Shown: in pieces, positions 24,480-36,984 of the stretch
Position numbering within the stretch: position 1 is the stretch's first letter
Layout: each line of letters begins with the position of its first letter
The notes under the pieces: model-generated
What the model saw: the letters and a program-made list of their open reading frames with translations, nothing else
The model's database searches: none
What the model was told of the DNA's origin: nothing
Assembly: GCA_964016885.1 (NCBI GenBank)
Contig: OZ024765.1
Span: forward strand, 3,968,001-4,032,000
Reading direction: 5' to 3'
DNA from: Eledone cirrhosa
Lineage: Eukaryota
DNA length: 64,000 nucleotides
Program-made: the position numbers and the translations under genes

Positions 24480-25740
24480 TCATCATCATCATCATCAACG
24501 TTTAACGTCCGTGTTCCACGCTTGCATGGGTTTGGATGGGGGTTTTCCCACTTGAGGCAAGAGTGATTGTCTTGCTCGCATAGGACTGTCTGGCGGGTTT
24601 TCTACAGCTGGATGCCCTTCCTAACACCAACCACGTTTACAGTGTGGGGCTGGGAGGTTTTTACCATGTTGCCTATATGCATATATATACATATCCATAT
24701 ATATGATGTGTTGTTTCCTTGAGCAAGACACTTTATTTCACGTTGCTCCAGTTTACTCAGCTGTAGAAATGAGATGATAGGGACTGGGGTCCCTATCATT
24801 CCACTGTAAAGTGGTCGTGGAGGTGCCACGGCAAAAAAGCACCCAGCACTCACTGTAAAGGAGGTTGGTGTTAGGAAGGGCATCCAGCTGTAGAAATCAA
24901 GCCAGAATCAGTTCCCGTTTGAGAAAGACAAGGTCAGCCGAGTGGACACTGCTCACAACCCGTCTAACCCATGCTAGCGTGGAAGAACGGACGTAAAATG
25001 GTGATGATGATGATGCATATACACATATATATGCATATACTTGAAGAGGAATCAAATGCTGTGTGCAGGAGAGGAGGATGTGTTGGTATGGACTTGATGT
25101 GTATGAAGGATGACAGCTGCATAAAAAGGTGCAGCGCACTAAAAGTTGATGGAAGCTGTAGAGTGGGGAGACCCAAGAAGACCTGGGATAAGGTGATAAA
25201 AGCTGACCTGACCCAATTGCACCTCTCAATGGCGATGACACAGGACCGAGACCTCTGGCATCATGCAGTAATACAGAAGACCCGACTTCCCATGGAAACA
25301 AGTCGAAGCCAAAGCATATAGACAATATGGCCCCACACCCTCCCACTGCAAGGTGGCCGTGGAGATGTCACGACAAAAAAAGCACCCAGACCACACTGCA
25401 AAGTGGTCATGTAGGCCCCACAGTAAAAAAGCTCCCAGCACTCACTGTAAAATGAGGTTGGTGTTAGGAAGGGCATCCAGCTGTAGAAATCAAGCCAGAA
25501 TCAGTTCCCGTATGAGCAACGCAAGGTCAGCCAACCTAACATTGCCCACAACAGGACAACCCATCTAACCCATGCTAGCGTGGAAGAATTGACATAAAAT
25601 GGTGATGATGATGATGATATACATACATATATGCAAATAGATACATATATATATATAGGCATATACATATACATATACCGTCTAACCCATGCTAGCGTGG
25701 AAGAACGGACGTAAAACGGTGATGATGATGATGATGATGA
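24480..25740. mobile_element. Cluster of nested SINE and RTE 3' fragments
   Basis: Repeated ggaagggcatccagctgtagaaa and acccatgctagcgtggaagaacggacgtaaaa(tga)n tails; RTE C-terminus at about 25040-25310. Confidence 0.75.
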
Positions 25741-25764
25741 TAATATATACGCATATATATATGC

Positions 25765-26020
25765 TGGCCCCGCTCTCTTCAACATTACAACAAAACATTA
25801 AAACAGAAACAGACCCCATAAATTTCAAGAAGTCTTTGGACAAATTCCTTCAAGAAATCCCAGATAAACCTCCTACACCTGGATATGTCTCTGTAAACAA
25901 TATCTCTCTACTTGAGGGGGCCATGGTGTCCAAATCCTTATTTGAAAGACTTCGCCAGGTGGTGCTATTAGGTTAGACATGGTCTGGGCCAATACTGGCC
26001 AAAACCTATCAAAGTTATAT
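25765..26020 (+). mobile_element. CR1/L2-like LINE 3' end
   Basis: [21 protein letters not shown]...NNISLL resembles a LINE ORF2 C-terminus. Confidence 0.6.
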
Positions 26021-26024
26021 ATGC

Positions 26025-26060
<36 letters not shown>

Positions 26061-26108
26061 GCACATACATATATATGCATATACATTCATACATATATAT
26101 ATATATGC

Positions 26109-26144
<36 letters not shown>

Positions 26145-26177
26145 GAAAAAAAAAAAAAATGATGAATATGCATCTAC

Positions 26178-26210
<33 letters not shown>

Positions 26211-26940
26211 TATATATATATATATACACACACATATATATATATATATACACACACATATATATATATATACACACACATATATATATATATACACACA
26301 TATATATATATATATACACATATATATATATATATACACACATATATATATATATACACACATATATATATATATACACACATATATATATATATACACA
26401 CATATATATATATATACACACATATATATATATATACACACATATATATATATACACACATATATATATATACACACATATATATATATATATACACACA
26501 TATATATATACACATATATATATACACACATATATATATATATATATACACACACATATATATATACACACACATATATATACACACATATATATATATA
26601 CACACATGTATATATACACACATGTATATATACACACATGTATGTATATATACACACATGTATATATATACACACACATGTATATATATACACACACATG
26701 TATATATACACACACATGTATATATATATATATACGCATACATATATATATATACGCATATATATATATATATACGCATATACGCATATATATATACACA
26801 TATATATATGCACACCCTTATATATACATACATATATATATATATGCACACACTTATATATACATACATATATATACATACATACATATATACACACACA
26901 CACACACACATATATATATACACATATATATATATATAAA
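26015..26940. repeat. (AT)n/(AC)n compound microsatellite
   Basis: Direct reading; similar blocks at 19357-19560, 41560-42290 and 54305-55160. Confidence 0.97.
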
Positions 26941-27108
26941 CCAGTAATACACTAGGAGGGGCGATTTAATCGACTTACCCTCCTCTTCGAATTGCTGATT
27001 GCATAACATGTACGTCTATGTGTGTGTGTATATATATACATATGTATGTGCATATATGTATACACATATATATATATATATATACACACATATATGCACA
27101 TACATATG

Positions 27109-27146
<38 letters not shown>

Positions 27147-27792
27147 CGTACATGTTATGCAATCAGCAATTCAAAGGGGAGGGTAAGTCGATTAAATCGC
27201 TTCCCCAGTGTATTACTGGTACTTTATTTTATCGACGTAGGTAAGGATGAAAGGAAAAGTTTAACCTGGACGGGATTTGAACTCAACACAATTAGACAAA
27301 TATCTACATATATATATTTTCCAAAATACATTTATGTTTATAAAACTTTTATTTATATATATATATATAAAACATACACCCCAAAATATCTTCATTTTTA
27401 CTCACGGGAATGACTGGAGGTTGTCTGTGATTTAAATTAATACGAACTATAATTTCATACTATAAAAAGTTTATATACCATTTAGTTTTATGGTAATATT
27501 CATACATTTTCTTCTCTCTCTCTCTTATTTGAAATATACATACATGTACATATATATATATATATATATAATTACATAAAATATACATACATATACATAT
27601 ACATAATATATATATACATGTATATATATAGCGAAATTATAAAATATATAATGTGAAAAATTCTTAAATATATGTTTTTTTGGTTTGGGTTTTTTGGAGA
27701 TAGTTCTTGCTTAAATTTAACCAAGATGAACATTTAAAAAATAAAAGACAAGCAATTCTTTGAATATACATACACACACATACATATATATA

Positions 27793-27893
27793 TAGGGTGC
27801 CCCCTCAAAAATGTATACACACTTTGATTACAGGTACAAGCAATATTTATTAGAATGCTGTTGAAGTGTGTATAGATTTTTTGGGACACAGTA
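27793..27893. mobile_element. About 100-bp Tc1-like MITE downstream of the nanos stop codon
   Basis: TA-flanked imperfect TIRs agggtgcccc..aaaaatgtatacacactt / aagtgtgtatagattttttgggacac. Confidence 0.6.
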
Positions 27894-28073
27894 TATATAT
27901 ATATATATTTACATTATATATATATAGGAATATATATATATATAGCACTGTGTGGTGTGTATGTACGTATATATATATATCTTTGCTTCAATAACAAACG
28001 GAAATGATGCTCTCAGCTTTTTTTTTTTTCATTAGTTTGTTTGTTGTTTCCCCCTCAACAGGTGTGCTGGGTG

Positions 28074-29123
28074 TTAATTACTGTTCAGGTAAAAATTATT
28101 ATTACTGTTCTCTAAAGACGATGTAGAAGGACCCCCACTGCCCATGGAAGAGGTACAAACAACAGGACAGCTACCAACAGGGCAGTAACGAACCGTATGG
28201 GCCCTGTCACCACTGGAACCACAAAGGGGGCATGTGTAACTTCGAAGTACTGGACAACTGACCCGGCCTAGGTCGTCTTTCAGGACATGGCCTGAATACA
28301 ACACAGCATTCTCTCCATTGTTCTTGCAAAACACACAGAAGTTATTCTTTAAAGATTTCTTCTTCTTCCTCTGTTCCTTAAAGTTCATATATGTCTCCAA
28401 GGGGCTGCAGTTGTTTCCGGCAGCTGTATTAGAATTATTTGCAAAGCTTTTCGTTGTCTCACCATACCTGGGTTGTGTCTCTCCTCCCACGTTGACAATA
28501 CTGTTGTTGTTATTGTTGATGTTCTGATAAAACTTCCAGGACTCCTCAAGTTTTAGTTTATCCAAAGCCAACGAAGCTGCCAGCAAAGAAAACTGTGTAT
28601 TACCATTGATATGGTTCGGGTTTATATTCTTGAGGGCAATGCGGCTGTTTTTGTAGTTATTATCCAAAGGACTAGGACACCTTGTAGTCGAGCGACAATG
28701 AGGGACAGAATAAATATTTTTCCCGTCTGTCGAGAAAGTGATAGTTTTTCGATAATTTAAATCTCTGTCTGACAGGTTTTCGATATCTTTCAGGGAGACA
28801 TCGATACCATTTTCACGAAATTCCTCCATACTCCTCATTCGGACGGCATGCAAGGAGTCTTCGAGGAGAAACGAACCCGTGAAATCAAAATAGAGGGCCT
28901 CTCTCTTACATCCGACATGACCAGGTCTACCACAGCAAGGCTCCGGGGTGGAAATAAGTCGACCACAACCACCACCACCACCACCAGAACCTGAACCAGA
29001 CCCAACAACGATGGTGGGTCCAACTCCCCCACAGCGGCTCCTATGGAAGAAATTCTCGCCAAAGAAGACAGACTCCTCATTTAACGATGTCGTTGTTGAT
29101 ACAGGGATGAAAGTTCGGTGCAT
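28074..29123 (-). CDS. nanos: Nanos family translational repressor (tandem CCHC zinc finger)
   Basis: 349-aa ORF containing CVFCKNNGE...[40 protein letters not shown], the canonical zf-nanos domain. The start codon is less certain than the domain. Confidence 0.93.
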   Translation of the reverse strand: MHRTFIPVSTTTSLNEESVFFGENFFHRSRCGGVGPTIVVGSGSGSGGGGGGCGRLISTPEPCCGRPGHVGCKREALYFDFTGSFLLEDSLHAVRMRSMEEFRENGIDVSLKDIENLSDRDLNYRKTITFSTDGKNIYSVPHCRSTTRCPSPLDNNYKNSRIALKNINPNHINGNTQFSLLAASLALDKLKLEESWKFYQNINNNNNSIVNVGGETQPRYGETTKSFANNSNTAAGNNCSPLETYMNFKEQRKKKKSLKNNFCVFCKNNGENAVLYSGHVLKDDLGRVSCPVLRSYTCPLCGSSGDRAHTVRYCPVGSCPVVCTSSMGSGGPSTSSLENSNNNFYLNSN

Positions 29124-29478
29124 TCTGGTAATATATATATATTATACAATTACTCTCGGTGTTTTGGCTCTGGTTTATTGCTGCTTCTCGGCCAACAGAA
29201 ATAATTTGTCAATGAATAATTGTTTGCACATGTGTGTATATATATGTACATTGAATATGCGTGTAAAGTATATATATAAAATACAGACATTAACTTGGAT
29301 GAAGCTTCGAAACTGAAAGACAAGTGTAACCCGTCTTTACTTTCAAAACTGGACTTCATTTAAAGTTCAGTCACGTGGTATGCAGTCGTGTGTATGTATG
29401 TATGTATATATATATACATACACACACACCTATATATATATATATAGGTGTGTGTGTGTGTGAATATATATATATAGA

Positions 29479-29510
<32 letters not shown>

Positions 29511-29573
29511 GATGTGTGTGTATATACATGTGTATATATATGTGTGTGTATATACATGTGTGTATATATATAG

Positions 29574-29615
<42 letters not shown>

Positions 29616-29638
29616 CTTTTTTGTAAGTATGCACTTGT

Positions 29639-29673
<35 letters not shown>

Positions 29674-30170
29674 CATATACACATGAGTTGTATCGAACAT
29701 TAATAATAATGTTCGATTCGTTTGTAAACAAACGGCCCGATTTGAAGCTGTGCCGTGCCGATGACCAATTGTCCTGTTTGTTCAACACTGGCATTGATGA
29801 ACAATCACCATGTTTCTGGGTCATTACCCTCCATCAGGACTGTATACCTCTGCCAGTTGAAAATATATAGTATTTTCTTAAGTACACATTGGCTGAGTAG
29901 CCTCATTTGCATACCGAGTGAGTTACGGCTGGCCTTGCTGAATATTAAATATAAAATTAGAATTTTTATTTTATTTTCTTTTAACTTTTTCATCTGATGA
30001 ACGTTTCCTGATGAACGTTTCCTGAAACCTTTGGTAATGGAATAATTATATTGTGTTGTTTTTTTATGTAATTAAATAGCTCTGTACTATATATAGAGCA
30101 CCCTTCTTTCCTTTTCTTTTTCTATGGAAATACTTATGTATGTGTTTGTGTGTATATATTTATGTGTATT

Positions 30171-30211
<41 letters not shown>

Positions 30212-30698
30212 GTGAATGTATATATGTGTGTATTTGTGTCTATATAATAATAATTGTTTCTACTTTTGGCACAAGGCCAGCAATTACCCAGTGCATTACT
30301 GGTACTTTATTTTATCGACCCCGTAAGGCTGAAAGGCAAAGTTAACCTTGGCGGGATTTGAACTCAGAATGGCAAGGGCCGTAACTCTATGCGTCAAAGC
30401 ATGGCGTCCGACCCTCTACCAATACTGCCAATCCACCATAATAATTGTTTCTACTTTTGGCACAAGGCCAGCAATTACCCCAGTGTATTACTGGTGCTTT
30501 ATTTTATCTACTCTATAAGGATGAATGGCAAAGTTAACCTCGGCGCGATTTGAACTAAGAAGGTAAAGGGCCATAACTCTATGCTGCAAAGCATGGTATC
30601 CGACGTTCTACCGATACTGCCAATCTAAAATTCTAACATATTTGATGTTTTGATTCATAATTTGTGTGTGTATATGTGTGTATATATGTGTGTATATA

Positions 30699-33010
30699 TC
30701 ATCATCATCATCATTTTATGTCCGCTTTTCCCTGTTTGCAAGGGTTGGACGAGTCCTATTCAGCACAGCATCTCTCCACTTGTCACTGTCCTTCGTTATC
30801 TCCTCGGTGAGTTTCAGCGATCTGAGGTCTGCTCTCACCACCTCCGCCCATGTTTTTCGTAGTCAACCTCTACTGCGTCTTCCCTCCACTGGGAGGGACT
30901 TCCTGGCACTTCTTCACCCAGTGGTCATCCTCCATGCGCATCACATATCCATACCATCTCAGCCTTCTCTCCTGCACACCACAACTTATCCATTTTATAC
31001 CCAGTTTCTTTCTCAACTCGTCTATGCTTGGTCGTTCACGCACATTGACATTGCACATCCAACAGAGTATACTTGCTTCATTTCTCTCCAGCCGTCGCAT
31101 ATCTTCTTCAGTTGCTGCCCAAGTCTCACTACCATACAGCATCGCGCATCTCACACAGGCATCATATAACCATCATATAACCGTCCTTTCGTATGCAGGG
31201 AGAAACCCTTCGTCAACAGAGGAAGCAGCTCCCTAAACTTCTTCCAACCCGTCCTTATTCTAGATACTATGGCCTCGGTACCGGAAGCTATCAACCACTT
31301 CTATAGCACCCACCTGCATTGGAAAAATGAGTCTATCACAGCGATTACTACTGCCAACTTTCCCTGTACATCTACTGCATACGTAGTTTTCCCTACCTGT
31401 TAGTTTGCCTGCTATCCCACTACATCTCTTGTGTACCCCAGATCTGCATTCCGTACATTTTATGGAATTTATGCCAGTTCCTTTCCTACATATCGAACAT
31501 GGCCATTTCCCTGATGAAATCAGAGTATTGTCCTCTCTTCTACTTATCAACACTTTTGTTTTAGCTATGTTCACTCTCAGGCCTCTTGATTCCAACTGCT
31601 GTTTCCATAGCCAGAATTTATTCTCTAGCTCTTCTACTGATTCTGCTATAATAACCAGATCATCAGCATAGAAAAGTTCCCATGGGCAGCCAGTCTTAAA
31701 CTCCACTGTTATGGCTTGGAGGACTATAATGAACAAGAGTGGGCTGAGGACCGAACCTTGATGTACACCTACTTGTATCTGGAATTCCTCACTAAACTCC
31801 ATTCCTATTCTCACTTTACTGACAGCACCTCTGTACATAGCTTGCATTGTCCTCACAAGGCATTCCTCTACACCTAGTTTCCTTAGGGACCACCAGATGA
31901 CAGATCGGGGTACCCTATCAAAGGCCTTCTCTAGGTCAACAAAAGCTAAGTATAATGGCTTATTCTTCTCTAAGAACCTCTCTTGTAGTTGCCTCACTAA
32001 GAAGAGGGCATCTGTTGTACTTTTCCCAGGCACAAAACCAAACTGCATCTCATCTAAATTGACCCTTTTTCTAATCAGTTGCATTAATATTCTCTCTGCC
32101 ACTTTCATAACTTGACCCATCAGTTTTATGCCCCTATAATTGCTCCTCTCTAGAGTATCCCCTTTACCTTTGTAGCAATTTATGAGAATACTGCTGCACC
32201 ACTCTTTGGGTTTGACACCATATATAGCTTGATTAATGATGCGTGCAACCAGTTTAGTGCCTACTTCTGATGCCTTCAGCATCTCAGCAACTATCCCCGA
32301 CAGTCCAGCAGCCTTACCATTCTTCATTTCCTTAATCGCCTCTTGTACCCTATATTCGTCAATTTCAATAGCTGGTCCCTCTGTCGGATCTACTGAGGGT
32401 AATTTCTCTCTCTCCCATTCATCAGTCTCTTATAATGACATTTCCAGGCCTCCTTCTTTTGATCATTCGTGACACTAAGTAGACCGGCATCATTCCGGAC
32501 ACACTTATCTCCAACAACATCTTGATTTACATTGACACACTGCCTTGCAATGCAGAACACGGCACGTCTCTGATCTTCCCGTCACAGAACATTGGCAAAT
32601 CTCCTACTCTCAGCCTCCCTGCATGCTAAGTACACCTGACGTCTAGCTTCTCTCTTAGCGGCTGTGTATCCGTCTCTACTCCCACCATTTTTCCAAGCCT
32701 TCCATGCTAGTCTGTTGTCTCTAACGGCCCTATCTACCGTGCTGTTCCACCACCAGGTCACTCTCTGTCTGGTCGAAGCTCTGTCCCAGCCACAAGTTTC
32801 TTCAGTAGCCTGCAGTAAGTTGTCACGCAAGAAATTCCAGTTATCTTCTATGTCATACAACTCTAAATTGTCTTCTTTTTCGTTGTACACATCTTGAAGG
32901 GCTTTGCTAAATTTATATTTTAATGAAAGGTCTTTTAGCTTCCAGACCTTTCTTTTCCACACCTTCCTGTATGTCTCATTCTTTCTCTTGCTTACTAAGA
33001 TGTCACTAAC
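30699..33010 (-). mobile_element. 5'-truncated, frameshifted RTE-clade LINE (reverse transcriptase plus Cys-rich region, (GAT)n tail)
   Basis: ORF 31260-32327 with QFGF.PG.STTDA, FVDLEKAFD, GVHQGSVLSP, YADD, then CSIC...CTEC...HKRC...CSRC; adjoining ORFs 32582-32962 and 30870-31154. Confidence 0.93.
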
Positions 33011-33765
33011 CTATGCTGTCGGTATCCGTATTACCACTTTCTGGTATCTGTATTTCCACATCTACTATGCTAGTTGTCAGGTGTGTTTCAGTTAGGAACC
33101 TGCATGTTGCTTGAGGCTAGGTCTCTCAAGTAGGGAAGTTTATTCATGTTGGTCAGTTCCACCAGGCCTCTGACATACATCAATAGAACTGGTGTGATAT
33201 CTGGCGTGTCAGCAATATAGGAATGTTTCGGGCGGGTTTTCTACGGCTGGATGCCCTTCCTAACACCAACCACATTGACAGTGTGGGCTGGGTGCTTTTT
33301 GCCATGATTTTTACACGTCCACTTTACAGTGTGGGCAGAGTGCTTTTTGCCATGATTTTTACACGTCCACTTTACAGTGTGGGCAGAGTGCTTTTTGCCA
33401 TGATTTTTACACGTCCACTTTACAGTGTATATCCAAGTTCCCACGGGTACAAGCCAAATCTGAAGCATATAGAGAATATGCCCCCATCCCCTCATGTAGG
33501 CACCATGGTAAAAAAGCACCCAGTACTCACTGTAAATGAGGTTGGTGTTAGGAAGGGCATCCAGCTGTAGAAACCGAGCCAAAATCAGTCCTATATGAGC
33601 AAGACATGGTCACTTGACCTGGCATTGCCCACAGCAGGTCAACCTGTCTAACCCATGCTAGCATGGAAACATTGACGAAAAATGATGATGATGATAATAT
33701 ATATATGGAGTTAGCCCCCAAAAATATTGCCAATTAAAATATTTTCAAGCTCAATGTCTTTGTCA

Positions 33766-34632
33766 TTAACCCTTTAGCATTTAAATTACTCTATATATAC
33801 TATTGTATTTTCACAGTAAAGACTTTACCTCACATAATATCTCATAACATTTACATTACTCTATATATGCTATTGTATTGTCACAGTAAAGGCTTTACCT
33901 CACATAACATTTACATTATATATACTATTGTATTGTCACAGTAAAGGCTTTACCTCACATAACATTTACATTACTCTATATATACAATAGTATTGTCACA
34001 GTAAAGGCTTTACCTCACATAACATTTACATTACTCTATATATACTGTTGTATTGTCACAGTAAAGGTTTCACCTCACATAACATTTACATTACTCTATA
34101 TATACTATTGTATTTTCTCAGTAAAGGCTTTACCTCACATAACATTTACATTACTCTATATTTACTATTGTATTTTCACAGTAAAGACTTTACTTCACAT
34201 AATATCTCATAACATTTACAGTACTCTATATATACTATTGTATTTTCACAGTAAAGGCTTTACCTCACATAATATCTCACATAACATTTACAGTACTCTA
34301 TATATACTATTGTATTTTCACAGTAAAGGCTTTACCTCACATAATATCTCACATAACATTTACATTACTCTATATATACTATTGTATTTTCACAGTAAAG
34401 GCTTTACCTCACATAATATCTCACATAACATTTACATTACTCTATATATACTATTGTATTTTCAGAGAAAAGGCTTTACTTCACATAATATCGAGTCTAT
34501 GAGATTTTGATATTATTTATTTTGAGAACAATACCTTAAAGTCAGTATGAGGGGCCAGTTATGGCCATTTTGAACAGAAAGTTGTGAGAGAATTCTGGCC
34601 GGATATGGCTGGTTTAAATGCTAAAGGGTTAA
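33766..34632. mobile_element. piggyBac-like MITE, both ends intact, with internal 60/72-bp array
   Basis: TTAA|CCCTTTAGCATTTAAA ... TTTAAATGCTAAAGGG|TTAA; about 11 internal units. Confidence 0.88.
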
Positions 34633-35008
34633 AGATATTTAGAAGAGATATTCAAGAAAAAAACCAAATAAGTAACACATAATAACACATAATCCTCATG
34701 CTTACTGATTGTCAAGTCTTTGTACAATCATTTACATTGCTTCTGAAGATGTACAATATATATTTATTTAGTCAATTTAATTGTCTGTATACATAATTAA
34801 TAATACTTTGTTATAGTCAACATATTTTTCCCATTTTTTTTACTAAGTTGTAATAACATAAGTATTAGTTAAATAGCTTGCATTGAAACATGTGTAAAAT
34901 TATCAAATCATTTAAGAAATTTATTCAATTATTTTGATTTGTTTATATATATATAAATATATATATTTATATATTTAATTAGAAAGTGAACAACACAAAA
35001 TATAACTG

Positions 35009-35076
35009 CTCCATTACCAAAGGTTTCAGGATCACAGACAATATTAATACACGTCTGGGTTGGTCATCAGACAGAG
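35009..35076 (-). ncRNA. Type I hammerhead-like motif in a palindrome (mirror copy at 35081-35142 on +)
   Basis: CTCTGT-CTGATGA-...cagac/gtctg...-GAAACC-ttt-GGTA-ATGGAG; the base of stem II is degenerate. Confidence 0.45.
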
Positions 35077-35241
35077 ATGTTTGATGACCGATCCAGACGT
35101 GTATTAATATTGTCTGAGATCCAGAAACCTTTGGTAATGGAGTAGTTATATTTTGTGTTGTTCACTTTCTAATTGAATAGCTCTGTTCCACACATAGAGC
35201 ACTCTTTTTTCCTTTGCTTTTCCTTCGGAATTACCTAACAC

Positions 35242-35307
<66 letters not shown>

Positions 35308-35561
35308 TTAATGATACCATCCAATGTTGACCACACTACATGACTAGATAGATAGATAACAAAGGAAGTGTGGTAAGGAACCAGGTGGACCATAACTCAC
35401 CAGAGTACTCAATACTTAGGGTAGTAGTAGAGTGGGTTATAGGAAAAGAGTCAGGACCCCGACGGCTGAGCTCCGGCTGTTTTGACAGCTAGATCCAAAT
35501 AGTTCAGAACCAGCCGTCGAAATGGCTGGAGCTCAGCCGTCAGGGTCCTGACTCTTTTCCT

Positions 35562-36366
35562 ATAGATAGTTTTAGATAGACAGATAGATAGGTAGAGAGA
35601 TAGATAGATAGAGAGAGAGATAGAGAGGCAGATAGATAGATAGATAGAGAGAGAGATAGAGAGGCAGGTAGAGAGATAGATAGTTAGAGAGACAGATAAG
35701 TAGGCAGATAGATAGAGAGGCAGATAGATAGATAGATAGATAGAGAGGCAGATAGATAGAGAGAGAGATAGATAGATATAGAGAGAGATAAGACAGATAT
35801 ATAGATATATAGAGTGAGTTAAGACAGATAGATAGATAGATATAGAGAGAGAGATAAGACAGATATATATATAGAGAGAGATAAGACATATAGATAGACA
35901 GAGAGAGAGTTTAGACAGATAGATAGATATATAGAGAGAGTTTAGACAGATAGATAGACAGAGAGAGTTTAGACAGATAGATAGATAGATATAGAGAGGG
36001 ATAAGACAGATAGATATATATAGAGAGAGTTTAGACAGATAGATAGACAGAGAGAGAGTTTAGACAGATAGATAGATATATAGAGAGAGATAAGACAGAT
36101 AGATAGACAGAGAGAGTTTAGACAGATAGATAGATATAGAGAGAGAGATAAGACAGATAGATATATAGAGAGAGAGTTTAGACAGATAGATAGATATATA
36201 TAGAGAGAGTTTAGACAGATAGATAGACAGAGAGAGAGTTTAGACAGATAGATAGATATAGAGAGAGAGATAAGACAGATAGATATATAGAGAGAGAGTT
36301 TAGACAGATAGATAGATATAGAGAGCGAGAGATAAGACAGATAGATAGACAGAGAGAGATAAGACA
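35562..36366. repeat. (GATA/GACA/GA)n compound microsatellite directly after the FMO stop codon
   Basis: Direct reading. Confidence 0.95.
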
Positions 36367-36381
36367 AGCTGATATTTGCAA

Positions 36382-36984
36382 CTATTTGTCTTCAAGGAAG
36401 ATTGACATAGATTTATACTTCATAGGTTTTAGTCTACGTTTCTCCTGTACATAGTTATAAATACGCTTTATCTTTTCCGAAAGGCGAGGTATGTGGCTCA
36501 TATCTGCAAGTTCATCATTGTATTTCCACTGGCGTTCTCCCATAATGTGAGCATGACGTTTCGACAGACCTGATTTGAATCTTTCCTTCAAATCTTCCTC
36601 AGCCGCTCTCTTCATTTCGTTGGTACTTGGCAAATTCACTTGGCCTCGCAGAACAGCTTTGCAGAAGGCAGCCTGCATATCGAGCATTGGAAAGGGAGCT
36701 GATTGCAAACAAATGCCGAGAAAGAAAAAATTATGGAAGTGTATATGAATCAAATGTTTATAGAGGGGAGTAATGTGGTTGTGAGCTGTTGCTACTTTAC
36801 ACCGGGTGTGTAAGAAGGGAAAACTGTATTTGTATCCAGTGCAGAGCACGACACTGTCAACCTTTTGTCTCTCACCATTTTTGAATATTACACTATCTGA
36901 GGTAAATTGTTGAATTTCTGGTTTTTGAATCATATTCCTTGGAAGTTCACTGATTAAAGGTTCATCTCGATGGCTCAGGTAGAC
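36382..36984 (-). CDS. FMO coding exon 5 (terminal)
   Basis: ttttag|GTC TAC CTG AGC CAT; VYLSH...[17 protein letters not shown]...PLYKH...; stop TAG ends at 36382. Confidence 0.93.
   Translation of the reverse strand, partial: VYLSHRDEPLISELPRNMIQKPEIQQFTSDSVIFKNGERQKVDSVVLCTGYKYSFPFLHTRCKVATAHNHITPLYKHLIHIHFHNFFFLGICLQSAPFPMLDMQAAFCKAVLRGQVNLPSTNEMKRAAEEDLKERFKSGLSKRHAHIMGERQWKYNDELADMSHIPRLSEKIKRIYNYVQEKRRLKPMKYKSMSIFLEDK

Noticed and set aside
25873-26955. Long Tyr/Ile/His/Val-rich ORFs (also 41491-42327 and 54278-55119)
   Set aside because: Translations of (AT)n/(AC)n microsatellites
27540-27920. Pumilio elements (UGUAHAUA) in the nanos 3' region
   Set aside because: Expected by chance in (AT)n/(ATAC)n-rich sequence
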